Below, one piece after another: positions 1-10,267 of a DNA stretch of 64,000 nucleotides; position 1 is the stretch's first letter, and the number at the start of each line of letters is the position of its first letter. The DNA is from an uncultured Bacteroidia bacterium (GTDB lineage: Bacteria; Bacteroidota; Bacteroidia; Bacteroidales; ML635J-15). The notes under the pieces are model-generated. The model searched no databases and was not told the origin of the DNA. It worked only from the letters and a program-made list of their open reading frames with translations. The position numbers were made by a program, and so were the translations under genes. The stretch covers positions 128,205 to 192,204 of the forward strand of contig CADAXK010000001.1 in assembly GCA_902791865.1 (NCBI GenBank). The letters run 5' to 3'.

Positions 1-742
1 TAAATGCAGAAATTATATCGTAATGTTGCTCGCCAGACTTGTCGTATATTGCCATGTTCTCCTGCAGACGACTGACAACCAATTCGTTTGTAATGACAAT
101 TTCCGAATCGCCACTACTGCAAACCAAATCCAGAATATTGTACAACTTTCGACCGTCTCCTCCCGAAAAGCGATACAAGGCATCGCGTTCCTCAACCTTG
201 ATATTCAATTTCGAAAGTTCCACATCTGTCGTTATTGCCTTGTCAATCAGCTTGTCCAAATCATGTTCATCCAAATGCTTCAGCACATATACCTGACAGC
301 GCGACAGCAATGGCGAAATGACCTCGAAAGAAGGATTTTCGGTAGTTGCACCAATTAGCGTTATTGTCCCATCCTCAACCGCACCAAGCAAAGAATCCTG
401 CTGCGACTTGTTGAACCTATGAATTTCATCAATGAAAAGAATCGGATTGCCCTTCGAGAATAGATTTACCTTTTTTGCCTGCTCAATAACTTCGCGCACT
501 TCCTTTACGCCACTGCTTACTGCGCTTAATGTTATAAAGTTACGCTCTGTTATTTGAGAAATTACGGTAACAAGAGTAGTCTTTCCAACCCCCGGAGGTC
601 CCCACAATATCATTGAAGGAATCCTACCTGCTTCTATTGACTTGCGCAAAGGAGCATTCTTTCCAACAAGATGCTCTTGTCCGGCATAGTCATCGAAACT
701 ACGCGGACGCATACGTTCGGCCAAAGGTTTGGATGTCAACAT
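1..742 (-). CDS. rarA: Replication-associated recombination protein A (RarA/MgsA AAA+ ATPase), N-terminal part; the C-terminus runs off the window edge
   Basis: Absent from the ORF track because it is edge-truncated. Own minus-strand translation from the ATG at 742-740 gives MLTSKPLAERMRPRSFDDYAGQEHLVGKNAPLRKSIEAGRIPSMILWGPPGVGKTTLV...ILFIDEIHRFNKSQQDSLLGAVEDGTITLIGATTENPSFEV...YDKSGEQHYDIISAF. It has Walker A GPPGVGKTT, Walker B FIDEIH and a typical RarA N-terminus. Confidence 0.85.
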   Translation of the reverse strand, partial: MLTSKPLAERMRPRSFDDYAGQEHLVGKNAPLRKSIEAGRIPSMILWGPPGVGKTTLVTVISQITERNFITLSAVSSGVKEVREVIEQAKKVNLFSKGNPILFIDEIHRFNKSQQDSLLGAVEDGTITLIGATTENPSFEVISPLLSRCQVYVLKHLDEHDLDKLIDKAITTDVELSKLNIKVEERDALYRFSGGDGRKLYNILDLVCSSGDSEIVITNELVVSRLQENMAIYDKSGEQHYDIISAF

Positions 743-747
743 TTACT

Positions 748-1896
748 CTACCTGTAATTAGGATCTGACTCGAAAATGTGCTTCATTATTGCCTTGTCGG
801 TATCGGTAAAATCGACATGTCTTCGAGCCATTACACGTTCCATAACCTCGAATGCTGTTTCCAACTTATATTCCGTGAAACCAGATGCACCACCCCATGA
901 GAACGATGGCACAAAGTTACGAGGAAATCCAGCGCCAAATATGTTTGCCGAGACACCCACGACAGTACCAGTATTGAACATAGTGTTTATACCGCATTTA
1001 GAATGGTCGCCAAAAATAAGCCCGCAAAACTGCAATCCAGTTTTATCAAACTTCTGGGTATCGTAATTCCACAACTTAACTTCAGCATAATTGTTCTTCA
1101 AATTTGAATTATTGGAATCTGCACCGAAATTACACCATTCTCCCACAACAGAATTGCCGAGGAATCCATCGTGCGCCTTGTTGGAATAACCGAAGAAAAC
1201 AACATTGCTCAGTTCTCCGCCAACCTTGCACCATGGACCAACAGTAGTATCGCCGTACATCTTTGCGCCCATCTTAAGCACAGCATGTTCGCACAAGGCA
1301 AACGGACCACGGATATTGGCACCTTCCATAACCTCCGAATTTGCACCTATATATATAGGTCCATCGTTGGTATTCAGCGTTGCACATTCAATACTACAAC
1401 CTTCCTCTACAAACAAAGGATACTTTCCGAACGAAATGTTTGTTGAACTTATTGGTTTTGACATGCGCCCAGCGGTCAACAGTTCAAAATCCTTGCTTAT
1501 TTCCATTCCGTTGAGCGAAAAAATATCGGTCAATGCCTTCAGCACAAACACTTTGCCAGAATATTCCACTTCTACGGATGAGGATTCGCATTGCCCAGCA
1601 CTTGCCAGTACAAAACCATCCTTTACCAATCGTCCTGATTCCAACGACTTAATTGCCTTAGCAATATTATAATCAGGAATCAACACAGAAGGTATTACTA
1701 TGCAATCAGCGTCTTCAACTTTCTGATACTTAGTCTGCAAGTACGATTCCGTTTCAACATAAACCTTTTCGCCGAGATACTTTTCCCACTTCTCGCGTAA
1801 AGTGAGTATTCCTACTCTGAAATCTGCTATCGACCTCGTCAGCGACAATGGCCTGAACCTGCCATGAAAACCCCTATCGGATAAAACGAACTTCAT
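748..1896 (-). CDS. GlmU-like putative sugar nucleotidyltransferase/acyltransferase with left-handed beta-helix (hexapeptide) repeats
   Basis: 382-aa ORF. The C-terminal half is rich in hexapeptide-type repeats (IGANSEVMEGANIRGP, GDTTVGPWCKVGGELSNVVF, GNSVVGEWCNFGADSNNSN). It sits directly downstream of murF on the same strand. Confidence 0.6.
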   Translation of the reverse strand: MKFVLSDRGFHGRFRPLSLTRSIADFRVGILTLREKWEKYLGEKVYVETESYLQTKYQKVEDADCIVIPSVLIPDYNIAKAIKSLESGRLVKDGFVLASAGQCESSSVEVEYSGKVFVLKALTDIFSLNGMEISKDFELLTAGRMSKPISSTNISFGKYPLFVEEGCSIECATLNTNDGPIYIGANSEVMEGANIRGPFALCEHAVLKMGAKMYGDTTVGPWCKVGGELSNVVFFGYSNKAHDGFLGNSVVGEWCNFGADSNNSNLKNNYAEVKLWNYDTQKFDKTGLQFCGLIFGDHSKCGINTMFNTGTVVGVSANIFGAGFPRNFVPSFSWGGASGFTEYKLETAFEVMERVMARRHVDFTDTDKAIMKHIFESDPNYR

Positions 1897-1897
1897 T

Positions 1898-3193
1898 CTA
1901 CAAATAATCTATAACCTTTTCCAAACGAATGCCACGCGAACCTTTTACCAAAAACATCTTGCTCTTTTCGGGATGAGTCACAAAATACTTGTTCAAGTCC
2001 TCAACTGTCTCGAAGAACATATATGGATATTCATCTGCGAACTTGGCAAAATTCTTACCTATAAAATAAGCACTTACATAACCGCTTTCGCGCACATATT
2101 CAAGAACGGCACGATGCTCAGCCTCACTCTCTTTTCCTAGTTCGAGCATATCGCCGAGAATCAACGCCTTATAATCATCATTTATCGAGTTATAGCTATC
2201 AATTGCAGCTCTCATGCTTGTCGGGTTAGCATTGTAAAGGTCCAGAATTAATGTATTGCGCGATGTCTTTGTCATCTGCGAACGGTTATTCTTCGGGAAA
2301 TAGTCGGAGATAGCACCATCAATAGCTGTCGGATGAATATCGAAATACGCACCAACTGTTACTGCAGCAAGTATATTCTCGAAATTGTATGCACCAATAA
2401 GATTTGACTTAGAAAAACCTGATACAGAATCAGTTTCCCAATTTACCGTTGTCTGATATGCATACTCCGAATATACGCCACGGCAGAAACAATCCTTTCC
2501 TTTGCCATACTTAACAACCTTAAGTTTGTCATGTCCCGACAAAACTTTCTTCAACAAATCATTATCATCATTTATGAAAACGGTTCCATCGTGAGCATCA
2601 AGGTAGTCGTACAGTTCGCCCTTAGTCTTCATCACACCCTCAATAGAACCAAAACCTTCGAGATGTGCCTTGCCCACATTGGTGATAATGCCATAGTTAG
2701 GTTCTGCAATCTTGCACAATGCTGCGATTTCTCCAGGATGGTTTGCTCCCATCTCAACTACGCCCATATCAACGGTTCTGTTCATCGATAGCAATGTCAG
2801 CGGGACACCTATATGATTATTCTTGTTTCCGCTTGTGTATGAAATTCTAAACTTTTTTGCAAGGACAGCCGAAACCAATTCCTTTGTCGTAGTCTTTCCA
2901 TTAGTTCCCGTAATTGCCAGTATCGGAATATTAAGTTTACGCCTATGATAATTTGCAAGCTGCTGCAAAGTCTCAAGCGTATCTTTCACTACGAAAACAT
3001 TTTCTCTTCCTTGATATTTCTTATCGGAAACTACAGCGGCAGAACATCCTGCCTCAAATGCAGCGTCGACAAATTGATTCCCATCAAAATTATCCCCCTT
3101 TATTGCAAAAAAGACAGATCCCTTCGTTATCGCCCTGCTATCGGTTGACACTAACCGATTTTTCTCAAATGCCTTGTAAATCTCTTCAATCAT
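1898..3193 (-). CDS. murF: UDP-N-acetylmuramoyl-tripeptide--D-alanyl-D-alanine ligase
   Basis: 431 aa with a Mur ligase P-loop (ITGTNGKTTTKE). The N-terminus (STDSRAITKGSVFFAIKGDNFDGNQFV) and overall length are typical of MurF. Confidence 0.85.
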   Translation of the reverse strand: MIEEIYKAFEKNRLVSTDSRAITKGSVFFAIKGDNFDGNQFVDAAFEAGCSAAVVSDKKYQGRENVFVVKDTLETLQQLANYHRRKLNIPILAITGTNGKTTTKELVSAVLAKKFRISYTSGNKNNHIGVPLTLLSMNRTVDMGVVEMGANHPGEIAALCKIAEPNYGIITNVGKAHLEGFGSIEGVMKTKGELYDYLDAHDGTVFINDDNDLLKKVLSGHDKLKVVKYGKGKDCFCRGVYSEYAYQTTVNWETDSVSGFSKSNLIGAYNFENILAAVTVGAYFDIHPTAIDGAISDYFPKNNRSQMTKTSRNTLILDLYNANPTSMRAAIDSYNSINDDYKALILGDMLELGKESEAEHRAVLEYVRESGYVSAYFIGKNFAKFADEYPYMFFETVEDLNKYFVTHPEKSKMFLVKGSRGIRLEKVIDYL

Positions 3194-3256
3194 AAAGTTC
3201 TAAAATTAAATAGCCTCTCCCGACGGAGAGGCTATATATGTCATATCAAATTTTAT

Positions 3257-5239
3257 TTACTTACCTTGGGTTGGTGCTCCAATCCTAATCATTGCGCACC
3301 TGAAACCAATATCGCAACGCGACTTGTTTTCATCCAAGAAACGCCTTGTTCCAGGAACCATCCAATAAGCTCTATCCTTCCAAGAACCGCCCTTAAATAC
3401 TCTTGACCTATCAGTAATAAGAGACGTCATCTTTTCACCCTTGTTCAACTTAGGATTCGAAGGATTGAAGTCTGCCTGTCCCCATTCAGCTGTACCATCA
3501 GAACCCCACTTACCAGCTTCGTACATTCCTGTAGTCTGGTTTGCGAAAATCAAATCAGGATAAACAACACTTCCGTCAGCAAGCATAATCTTTCCATTTC
3601 CTAAAATCTTAGAACCATCAGGCATTATGACCTCACCTTCCGGAGTTCTTTCATGACCAGTCGGCAAAACATAAGTTCTGTCTTCCATATTGATTCTGAC
3701 ACCATTTGGAAGTAATATTTCATTACCGCCAATAAGTGTTGCGCCTGGGAACATTTCACCAATATATTCAGCAAGTGTATCAAGATTTTGCTCGGTCAAC
3801 ATTGTGGAATCCATGAATTCTTGGTATTCCTTTACTGTCGACTGCTTTCTGTAACGTTCGTCCTTAATCCAGTATTCAGCAGGATCACCATTTGCTACCA
3901 AAGATTCCAAATCGCCATCAAGATAGTTTCTGTTATCAGCGGTGGTATAATTTTCCCTATTGAAGCAAGACTCATCGCGAACCGGTTTCTTTAAGATTTT
4001 TCCAGTATAATCGAAATAGTTTTCTGCTTCAGGAGTAAGTTCCATATCACCTGACCTTGGGTCAACTATAATCTGATAGTCTTCGAAAACATTGCCTCTG
4101 AAAGGACGGAACTCGTCCATATCTTCGAATGTGAGATCACGGTAAACATCCATAACCCATTCGTTTACATTACCAGCCATACAATATAGACCGTAGTCGT
4201 TTGGCCAGTAGCTTCTTACTGGAGCAGTAATATCAGCCTTATCGTTAAGAGCACCAGCAACACCCATAGCATCACCACGGCCTCTCATCGAGTTAGCCAT
4301 CATACGTCCACGTTCGTCACCTCTAGAATCGTTACGGATATAATGACCATTCCATGGATACAAACGTCTTTCGTAAATTCTTTCCTTATACTGGTTTCCT
4401 ACAATTGCAAGAGCTGCAAATTCCCATTCGGCTTCGGTTGGGAGCCTGTATCGAGGCAGGAATATACCATCTTCGATATTAACCCAACGTCTATCATCGC
4501 CTGTATTTGCATTACCACCCTTTCTACCAGCCTTGAGGACTGACGGGTCAACATATAGGTTCTCTACCTTACCATCACGACCGCTCTTACCAGTTTCATC
4601 AACAGGAAGATCAAGGTTATCAGCGTAGTACATATAGGAATCCAAATTAAAATGCTTAGCCTGATCCTGCGGAGCAAGATATTTGTCGATTATACCTTCT
4701 CGCATAAGGATAAGTTCATTTACGCGGTCGGTTCTCCATTCGCAGTACTTGGATGCTTGATTCCAAGAAACATTTACAACTGGATAGTCCTCATATGCCG
4801 GATGACGCAAATACAATTCAACCAAAGGTTCGTTGTAAGCCAAACGGCTTCTCCACCCTGCTGTATCTGGCAAAGCTTGAGTATAGAGGAAACGGTAATC
4901 TGAAGCATATACATGCGACAGCCAATAGAGATACTCGCGATAATCAAGGTTTGTTACTTCGACTTCATCCATATAGAACGATGATACGGTAACACGGCGT
5001 GGGATATTGTTCCAGTCGCGCATAACATCTTGTTCTACACGTCCCATAGCGAATGTACCACCCTCGATGAAAACCAAGCCAGGACCTGTTTCCTGCTCGT
5101 ATCCGGGATGATTCTGGAATCCGCCGAAATTGGGGTCATTGTAGTTCCAACCTGTTGTGTTGGAAACATCCTTCTTACAAGAAGCAACCATGATTGCCGC
5201 TGCAAGAATTACCATGAAAATTAAACCATTCCTTTTCAT
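3257..5239 (-). CDS. gldJ: Gliding motility / T9SS-associated lipoprotein GldJ (FGE-sulfatase / SUMF1-like fold)
   Basis: Lipoprotein signal (AAIMVASC). The N-terminal block TGWNYNDPNFGGFQ...ETGPGLVFIEGGTFAMGRVEQDVMRDWNNIPRRVTVSSFYMDEVEVTN, the internal YRLPTEAEWEFAA and the C-terminal VFKGGSWKDRAYW...IGFRCAM follow the GldJ pattern as I recall it from Flavobacterium johnsoniae. Synteny with murF and porU also fits. Confidence 0.8.
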   Translation of the reverse strand: MKRNGLIFMVILAAAIMVASCKKDVSNTTGWNYNDPNFGGFQNHPGYEQETGPGLVFIEGGTFAMGRVEQDVMRDWNNIPRRVTVSSFYMDEVEVTNLDYREYLYWLSHVYASDYRFLYTQALPDTAGWRSRLAYNEPLVELYLRHPAYEDYPVVNVSWNQASKYCEWRTDRVNELILMREGIIDKYLAPQDQAKHFNLDSYMYYADNLDLPVDETGKSGRDGKVENLYVDPSVLKAGRKGGNANTGDDRRWVNIEDGIFLPRYRLPTEAEWEFAALAIVGNQYKERIYERRLYPWNGHYIRNDSRGDERGRMMANSMRGRGDAMGVAGALNDKADITAPVRSYWPNDYGLYCMAGNVNEWVMDVYRDLTFEDMDEFRPFRGNVFEDYQIIVDPRSGDMELTPEAENYFDYTGKILKKPVRDESCFNRENYTTADNRNYLDGDLESLVANGDPAEYWIKDERYRKQSTVKEYQEFMDSTMLTEQNLDTLAEYIGEMFPGATLIGGNEILLPNGVRINMEDRTYVLPTGHERTPEGEVIMPDGSKILGNGKIMLADGSVVYPDLIFANQTTGMYEAGKWGSDGTAEWGQADFNPSNPKLNKGEKMTSLITDRSRVFKGGSWKDRAYWMVPGTRRFLDENKSRCDIGFRCAMIRIGAPTQGK

Positions 5240-5261
5240 AAAACATAAATTTATATTAGTA

Positions 5262-6257
5262 CTAGAATGATGGACAACTTATTGTCGATATTTTCTTTGC
5301 CTTTTCGTGGCATCCGAATGTATAAGCCACCGAAACTTCATGAGCACCATATGTAGAATTGCTCAACTTTGAAATTGTAAGGTCGTAGCTATATGAGAAT
5401 CTGAACTTATTGTATTTATAACCGACCATCATAACCAAAGCATCGTACTGGAATTCAAAGGTTTGTCTAAACCAGAAACCAGCAAGAATACCCATTCTCG
5501 ACACATACATACCCCAATAGAACTGCTGGAAGAAAGCGCCCTGCTGCTGGAACAGAATCTGCGGAGCAATCAAGAGGTCGCCTCTTTTGAACTTAGTACT
5601 ATTAATAGGTATCTCTGCACCAAAATGAGCAGTGTATTTTCTCGGAAGCACAGCATCGCTACCTCTCAAGAAAGACTCTGAAGGTTCTGTAAGATGATGC
5701 ACGGCAACACCGAAGAAAACCATTTCAGTAAAGCCCAAAATACCAGCAGAGAAATCGACATAATTTCGCTTGGTATTAATAATATCCGGATTCTCAAGCG
5801 ATGCGTAAATAGGACCATAAAGCGGATGTATCATATTGGGGAATACGAAATCCCAATCTATCCTCTTCATTGCAAAAGACGCTTGAAATCCTGCCGCCAA
5901 AGAGAATTTCTTTGAAACTTGCAATGTATATGAATACATCGCATTGATTGACGCCGTATTAATTCGACCATCACCACTTCCCTGCACATCGTCCATAAGG
6001 TAAATTCCAACGCCACCTCTCAGTGCGTGCCAATATTGGTCGTATGCTATATTATAGGTAACATAAGTTGACCCAAATGCTGGCCACTGGTTCCTATAAG
6101 ACAAGGAAAGTCGCGGACATCTCTCAGATCCTGCAAAAGCTGGATTCAAATACAATGGATTAGCATAGAACTGCGAACTATGCGGGTCCTGTGCTCTCAC
6201 CACGCCATAACTCCCTATTATCAAGAGAGTTATCAATATCAAGAATCGTCTTACCAT
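5262..6257 (-). CDS. PorP/SprF-family type IX secretion system membrane protein
   Basis: Signal peptide followed by the family hallmark AQDPHSSQFYANPLYLNPAFAG, with a beta-barrel-like C-terminus. The start is set to the internal ATG at 6257 (MVRRFLILITLL...) rather than the track start at 6320. Confidence 0.75.
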   Translation of the reverse strand: MVRRFLILITLLIIGSYGVVRAQDPHSSQFYANPLYLNPAFAGSERCPRLSLSYRNQWPAFGSTYVTYNIAYDQYWHALRGGVGIYLMDDVQGSGDGRINTASINAMYSYTLQVSKKFSLAAGFQASFAMKRIDWDFVFPNMIHPLYGPIYASLENPDIINTKRNYVDFSAGILGFTEMVFFGVAVHHLTEPSESFLRGSDAVLPRKYTAHFGAEIPINSTKFKRGDLLIAPQILFQQQGAFFQQFYWGMYVSRMGILAGFWFRQTFEFQYDALVMMVGYKYNKFRFSYSYDLTISKLSNSTYGAHEVSVAYTFGCHEKAKKISTISCPSF

Positions 6258-6330
6258 AATATTTTTACCATCAATTATTAGTAAATGATAAATATTTTTT
6301 TCTCCGTAATTTAAATTCACAATATTACAT

Positions 6331-6338
6331 TATTTTTG
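6331..6338 (+). promoter_or_regulatory. Bacteroidota -7 promoter box (TATTTTTG) upstream of porU
   Basis: Exact match to TAnnTTTG, 48 nt upstream of the ATG at 6386. Confidence 0.5.
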
Positions 6339-6385
6339 TCGTTTGAAGAAATATTTGAAGATTTTTTTTTATTTTTTTTTAACAG

Positions 6386-9300
6386 ATGAAGAAAATAATT
6401 TGTACAATATTAATAATCAACCTGTTGCACATAGCGTCTGCACAAACATTTTTTATTAAAGATTCTCTGTTTTCAATAGGCACTACAGAATTCTACACTC
6501 CAGACAGCATCAAAATAAAAGCCATACTTTTAAAAAACGGCGACAATCGCGACTCTGACTTCTTTCCCATATACAAAAAGACACTTGTTGCCAACGATGG
6601 CTCATATATAACTGAAGTATCGCTGAAGAATGTTTCATATAGCCAGGTCGACTATAATATATATAAAGGTATATACAGAATATCGGAAATTGGAAACGAA
6701 CCTGAAATAAAAGCTACAGCTGTAAAATTCAGAAAACAACAACTAATAGAATTCGAAATGATGCCGCTGAGAAAAAACCCAGCAACCGGAGCCATTGAAA
6801 TTGCCGACCATTTCGAGTGCGAGATAAAAACAAAACAAGTCAAGTCTAGGGATTCTGGACGCCAATATGCAAGCACATCAAAAATGGCTTCTGGAAAATG
6901 GTACAAAATAAAAGTATCGGAATCAGGAATATACAAAATCACATACGCTCAATTAAAGGAAATGGGATTCAGCAATTTCTCGTCAATAGGCATTTTCGGA
7001 TATGGAGGCATGGAATCGAAGACTATCCGCGACAATAATCCTCAGATATTTGCCGACAAGTACATAGACGACATGCCAGAACGAAGCATACTAAAAGTAG
7101 ACGCCAACGGAAATGGAACTTTCGACAATGGCGACTATCTCCTATTCTACGCCGACGGTCCACATAATATAAGGTACAACACAAATGGATCTTTCACGCA
7201 TGAAATTCACAACTATTCCGATTACTCATACTATTTTGTTTCGGACAAAGGCACATGGAAAACAGCAACAAACATTGCATCGGAAAGTTCAGCAAACTTA
7301 ACAGTGAACACATACGACAAATATTCATTCCTTGAAAAAGATTCAATCTCAATCGCAAAGTCTGGACGCAACTTATTCTGGAGAAGTCTGGGATATTACA
7401 CAACAATGAACGAATCAATAACAGAAATTAACGCCACATCGGACACAGCGACCACATACATGCACTTTGCTGCAAATTCATCAACAATCAGCTACTTCGA
7501 CATCAGCATAAATGGAACATCCGTCGGCAGAGCCAATATTCCTGCATCAACTGCAAACGGAAATGAAATATATTTTTCTGCCAAATTCGTTCCTAGGGGC
7601 AACTCAACAAACTTTGTTATTACATACAACAAAAGTTCCTCAACATCAATAGGATGGATTGACTACATTGCAATAAGCCTTCGCAAAAAGCTAAATATAG
7701 CAAACGGATTCGTTGACTTTAGAGACACTAAATCGGTTGGCTCTGGAAACATAGCAGAATTCTCTGTAGCACAAGCAAGTAGCAACACTATTGTATGGGA
7801 CATAAGCGACAGAATCAACGCAAAGTCAATCTCTGGTTCATTCGCATCGGGCACATACAAGTTCAAGGCGAAAACCGACACCTTGCACGAATATGTAGCA
7901 TTCACCCCATCATACTCATTCCCCTCTCCCATATACTCAAATGCAACTGACGTTGGTACGGTGGAGAACCAAAACCTACACGGATTGCAGAATGCAGACT
8001 TAATAATAATAACTCATCCTAACTTCCTTGCACAAGCAAACGAAATCCAAAGAATACACCAGACTGCCGAAAACATGTCGTCGATAATAGTCACTCCACA
8101 AAAAATATACAATGAATTCTCATCTGGCACGCCAGACATCTGCGCAATGAGAAACTTCATTAAGATGTTCTATGATAGATCTTCTGCGACAAACATGCCC
8201 AAGAACGTACTTTTGATTGGAGACGGAAGCTATGACAACAAAACATCCGATGGAAGTGTTTCTAACCTCATACTGACATACCAAACCCAGAACTCATTAA
8301 CAAACACAATGACAATTACTTGTGACGACTTCTTCGTATGCCTCGACGAAGGAGAAGGCGAAGTACAGTCGACTGACAAAATGGATATGGGAATAGGACG
8401 TATGCCAGTGAATACCACAGAAGAAGCTAACAATGCTGTTGACAAACTACGTAGCTACTATTCGCAAAACAGTTTTGGAAACTGGAAAAACAGAGTTACA
8501 ATTATAGCCGATGATGCTGAAAACAACGAAACTGTACATCAGGTAAATGCTGAAAATATGATTGCTGCTCAACTTGAATTCAGCGCTGAATACCTTAACA
8601 TTGAAAAAATATATCTTGATGACTACGAACAAGTGTACACATCTACAGGAAACTCCTATCCCGATGTCAACAAGGCAATCGTCGACAACATAAACAATGG
8701 AACCTTGCTTCTTACATGGGTTGGACATGGAAATCCTAAAACATGGGCTCACGAAAACATATTTTCATTAAACACAATCAGAACATTACAAAACAAGAAC
8801 AAGTATCCGTTTTTCGTAACTGCAACCTGCGACTTCACACCATTTGACGACCACACAATAGAAACCGGAGGTGAACTACTGTTTAACGTCTCAAATTCCG
8901 GAGCAATCGGACTATTAACAACAGTAAGACAGGTTTATTCAACAAAAAACGAAAGACTTGTTAAGAATTTCTACAAGTACCTGTTTGAAAGTCACCTTGA
9001 AGAAAACGCTGGTTCGCAGCCCAAGACTATTGGAGAATGTGTTATGCTCGGAAAGAACGAAACAGGAGACTTTAACATGAGGTCATTCGTAGTAATTGGC
9101 GACCCAGCAATAACATTGTCGCAACCAAGATATACGGCAAAGACAACGATGGTCAACGGAATACCAGCCTCTGAATTCACAGACACTATAGGTGCAACAG
9201 GTCTAGTATCATTAGAAGGAGCTGTATATGACGAAAATGGAAATATTGCAAACAATTTCAACGGAGTTGTATATACTTCGGTTTACGACAAGCGCAACAC

Positions 9301-10210
9301 ATATACAACCAAGAGCAACGATGGATACGAACCTCTCACATACACAGCCCAAAGAAACATAATATTCAACGGTCAATCTTCTGTTAAAGATGGAAAATTC
9401 AAGTTCAGTTTCATTGTTCCTGTCGACATTGCATACTATTTCGACAAAGGTAAAGTAAGTTATTACGCAAACAACCTGACAGATAAGGAAGCATGCGGAT
9501 ACGACAAGTCAATAATAATAGGCGGAACCGACCCAAACGGCATACACGACACCGAAGGTCCTATCATTGAGCTATACATGAATGATGAAAATTTCATTGA
9601 TGGCGGTATTGTAAATGAAAATCCAATGCTCATCGCCAAAATTAGCGACGAGTCTGGAATTAACACCGTTGGCAATGGTATAGGGCACGACATTACACTG
9701 ACAACAGACGGAAATACAACAGAAAAGACTGTACTCAATAGTTTCTACGAATCAGAAATGGACAACTACAAGTCGGGCTCAATAAACTACCCCAATTCAG
9801 AACTAGAGATTGGCACACACACAATGACAGTGAAGGCATGGGATGTAATGAACAACAGTAGCGAGAAATCAATCGACTTCATAGTAACAACCTCATCGGA
9901 AATGTTGATTGACAAGCTGTTCAACTATCCAAACCCATTCTCGACTCACACATCATTCTATTTTGGACACAACCAACCTTACGAAACTCTTGACGTGATT
10001 ATCAGCATTTTCACCGTTTCAGGAAAACTTGTAAAGACGCTCGAAGCAACTATGACATGCGACGGCTACATAAGTGAACCTATTGAGTGGAACGGCCGCG
10101 ACCAATACGATGACAAACTAGGAAAAGGCGTATATATATACAAGGTTAAAGTCAGAAATTCGGCTGGAACAACAATAGAAAAGTTCGAGAAACTTGTAAT
10201 ACTGAATTAA
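6386..10210 (+). CDS. porU: Type IX secretion system sortase PorU (gingipain-like C25 peptidase domain)
   Basis: 1274 aa with a signal peptide. The C25-like core contains LIITHPNF...LLIGDGSYDN...TWVGHGNP...FVTATCDF. The C-terminus has a CTD-like beta-sandwich (FNYPNPFSTHTSFYF...GVYIYKVKV). Size and position next to gldJ match the porU arrangement in Flavobacterium. Confidence 0.75.
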   Translation: MKKIICTILIINLLHIASAQTFFIKDSLFSIGTTEFYTPDSIKIKAILLKNGDNRDSDFFPIYKKTLVANDGSYITEVSLKNVSYSQVDYNIYKGIYRISEIGNEPEIKATAVKFRKQQLIEFEMMPLRKNPATGAIEIADHFECEIKTKQVKSRDSGRQYASTSKMASGKWYKIKVSESGIYKITYAQLKEMGFSNFSSIGIFGYGGMESKTIRDNNPQIFADKYIDDMPERSILKVDANGNGTFDNGDYLLFYADGPHNIRYNTNGSFTHEIHNYSDYSYYFVSDKGTWKTATNIASESSANLTVNTYDKYSFLEKDSISIAKSGRNLFWRSLGYYTTMNESITEINATSDTATTYMHFAANSSTISYFDISINGTSVGRANIPASTANGNEIYFSAKFVPRGNSTNFVITYNKSSSTSIGWIDYIAISLRKKLNIANGFVDFRDTKSVGSGNIAEFSVAQASSNTIVWDISDRINAKSISGSFASGTYKFKAKTDTLHEYVAFTPSYSFPSPIYSNATDVGTVENQNLHGLQNADLIIITHPNFLAQANEIQRIHQTAENMSSIIVTPQKIYNEFSSGTPDICAMRNFIKMFYDRSSATNMPKNVLLIGDGSYDNKTSDGSVSNLILTYQTQNSLTNTMTITCDDFFVCLDEGEGEVQSTDKMDMGIGRMPVNTTEEANNAVDKLRSYYSQNSFGNWKNRVTIIADDAENNETVHQVNAENMIAAQLEFSAEYLNIEKIYLDDYEQVYTSTGNSYPDVNKAIVDNINNGTLLLTWVGHGNPKTWAHENIFSLNTIRTLQNKNKYPFFVTATCDFTPFDDHTIETGGELLFNVSNSGAIGLLTTVRQVYSTKNERLVKNFYKYLFESHLEENAGSQPKTIGECVMLGKNETGDFNMRSFVVIGDPAITLSQPRYTAKTTMVNGIPASEFTDTIGATGLVSLEGAVYDENGNIANNFNGVVYTSVYDKRNTYTTKSNDGYEPLTYTAQRNIIFNGQSSVKDGKFKFSFIVPVDIAYYFDKGKVSYYANNLTDKEACGYDKSIIIGGTDPNGIHDTEGPIIELYMNDENFIDGGIVNENPMLIAKISDESGINTVGNGIGHDITLTTDGNTTEKTVLNSFYESEMDNYKSGSINYPNSELEIGTHTMTVKAWDVMNNSSEKSIDFIVTTSSEMLIDKLFNYPNPFSTHTSFYFGHNQPYETLDVIISIFTVSGKLVKTLEATMTCDGYISEPIEWNGRDQYDDKLGKGVYIYKVKVRNSAGTTIEKFEKLVILN

Positions 10211-10217
10211 CGAGAAG

Positions 10218-10261
10218 TTTCTGGTTTCTAGTTTCTGGTTTCTAGGGATCTGGTTGGTTAG
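10218..10261. repeat. Degenerate 7-bp tandem array (TTTCTRG x4 plus two decayed units)
   Basis: The sequence reads tttctgg tttctag tttctgg tttctag ggatctgg ttggttag. It lies between the convergent porU and ttcA-like genes. Confidence 0.8.
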
Positions 10262-10267
10262 CTTTCC

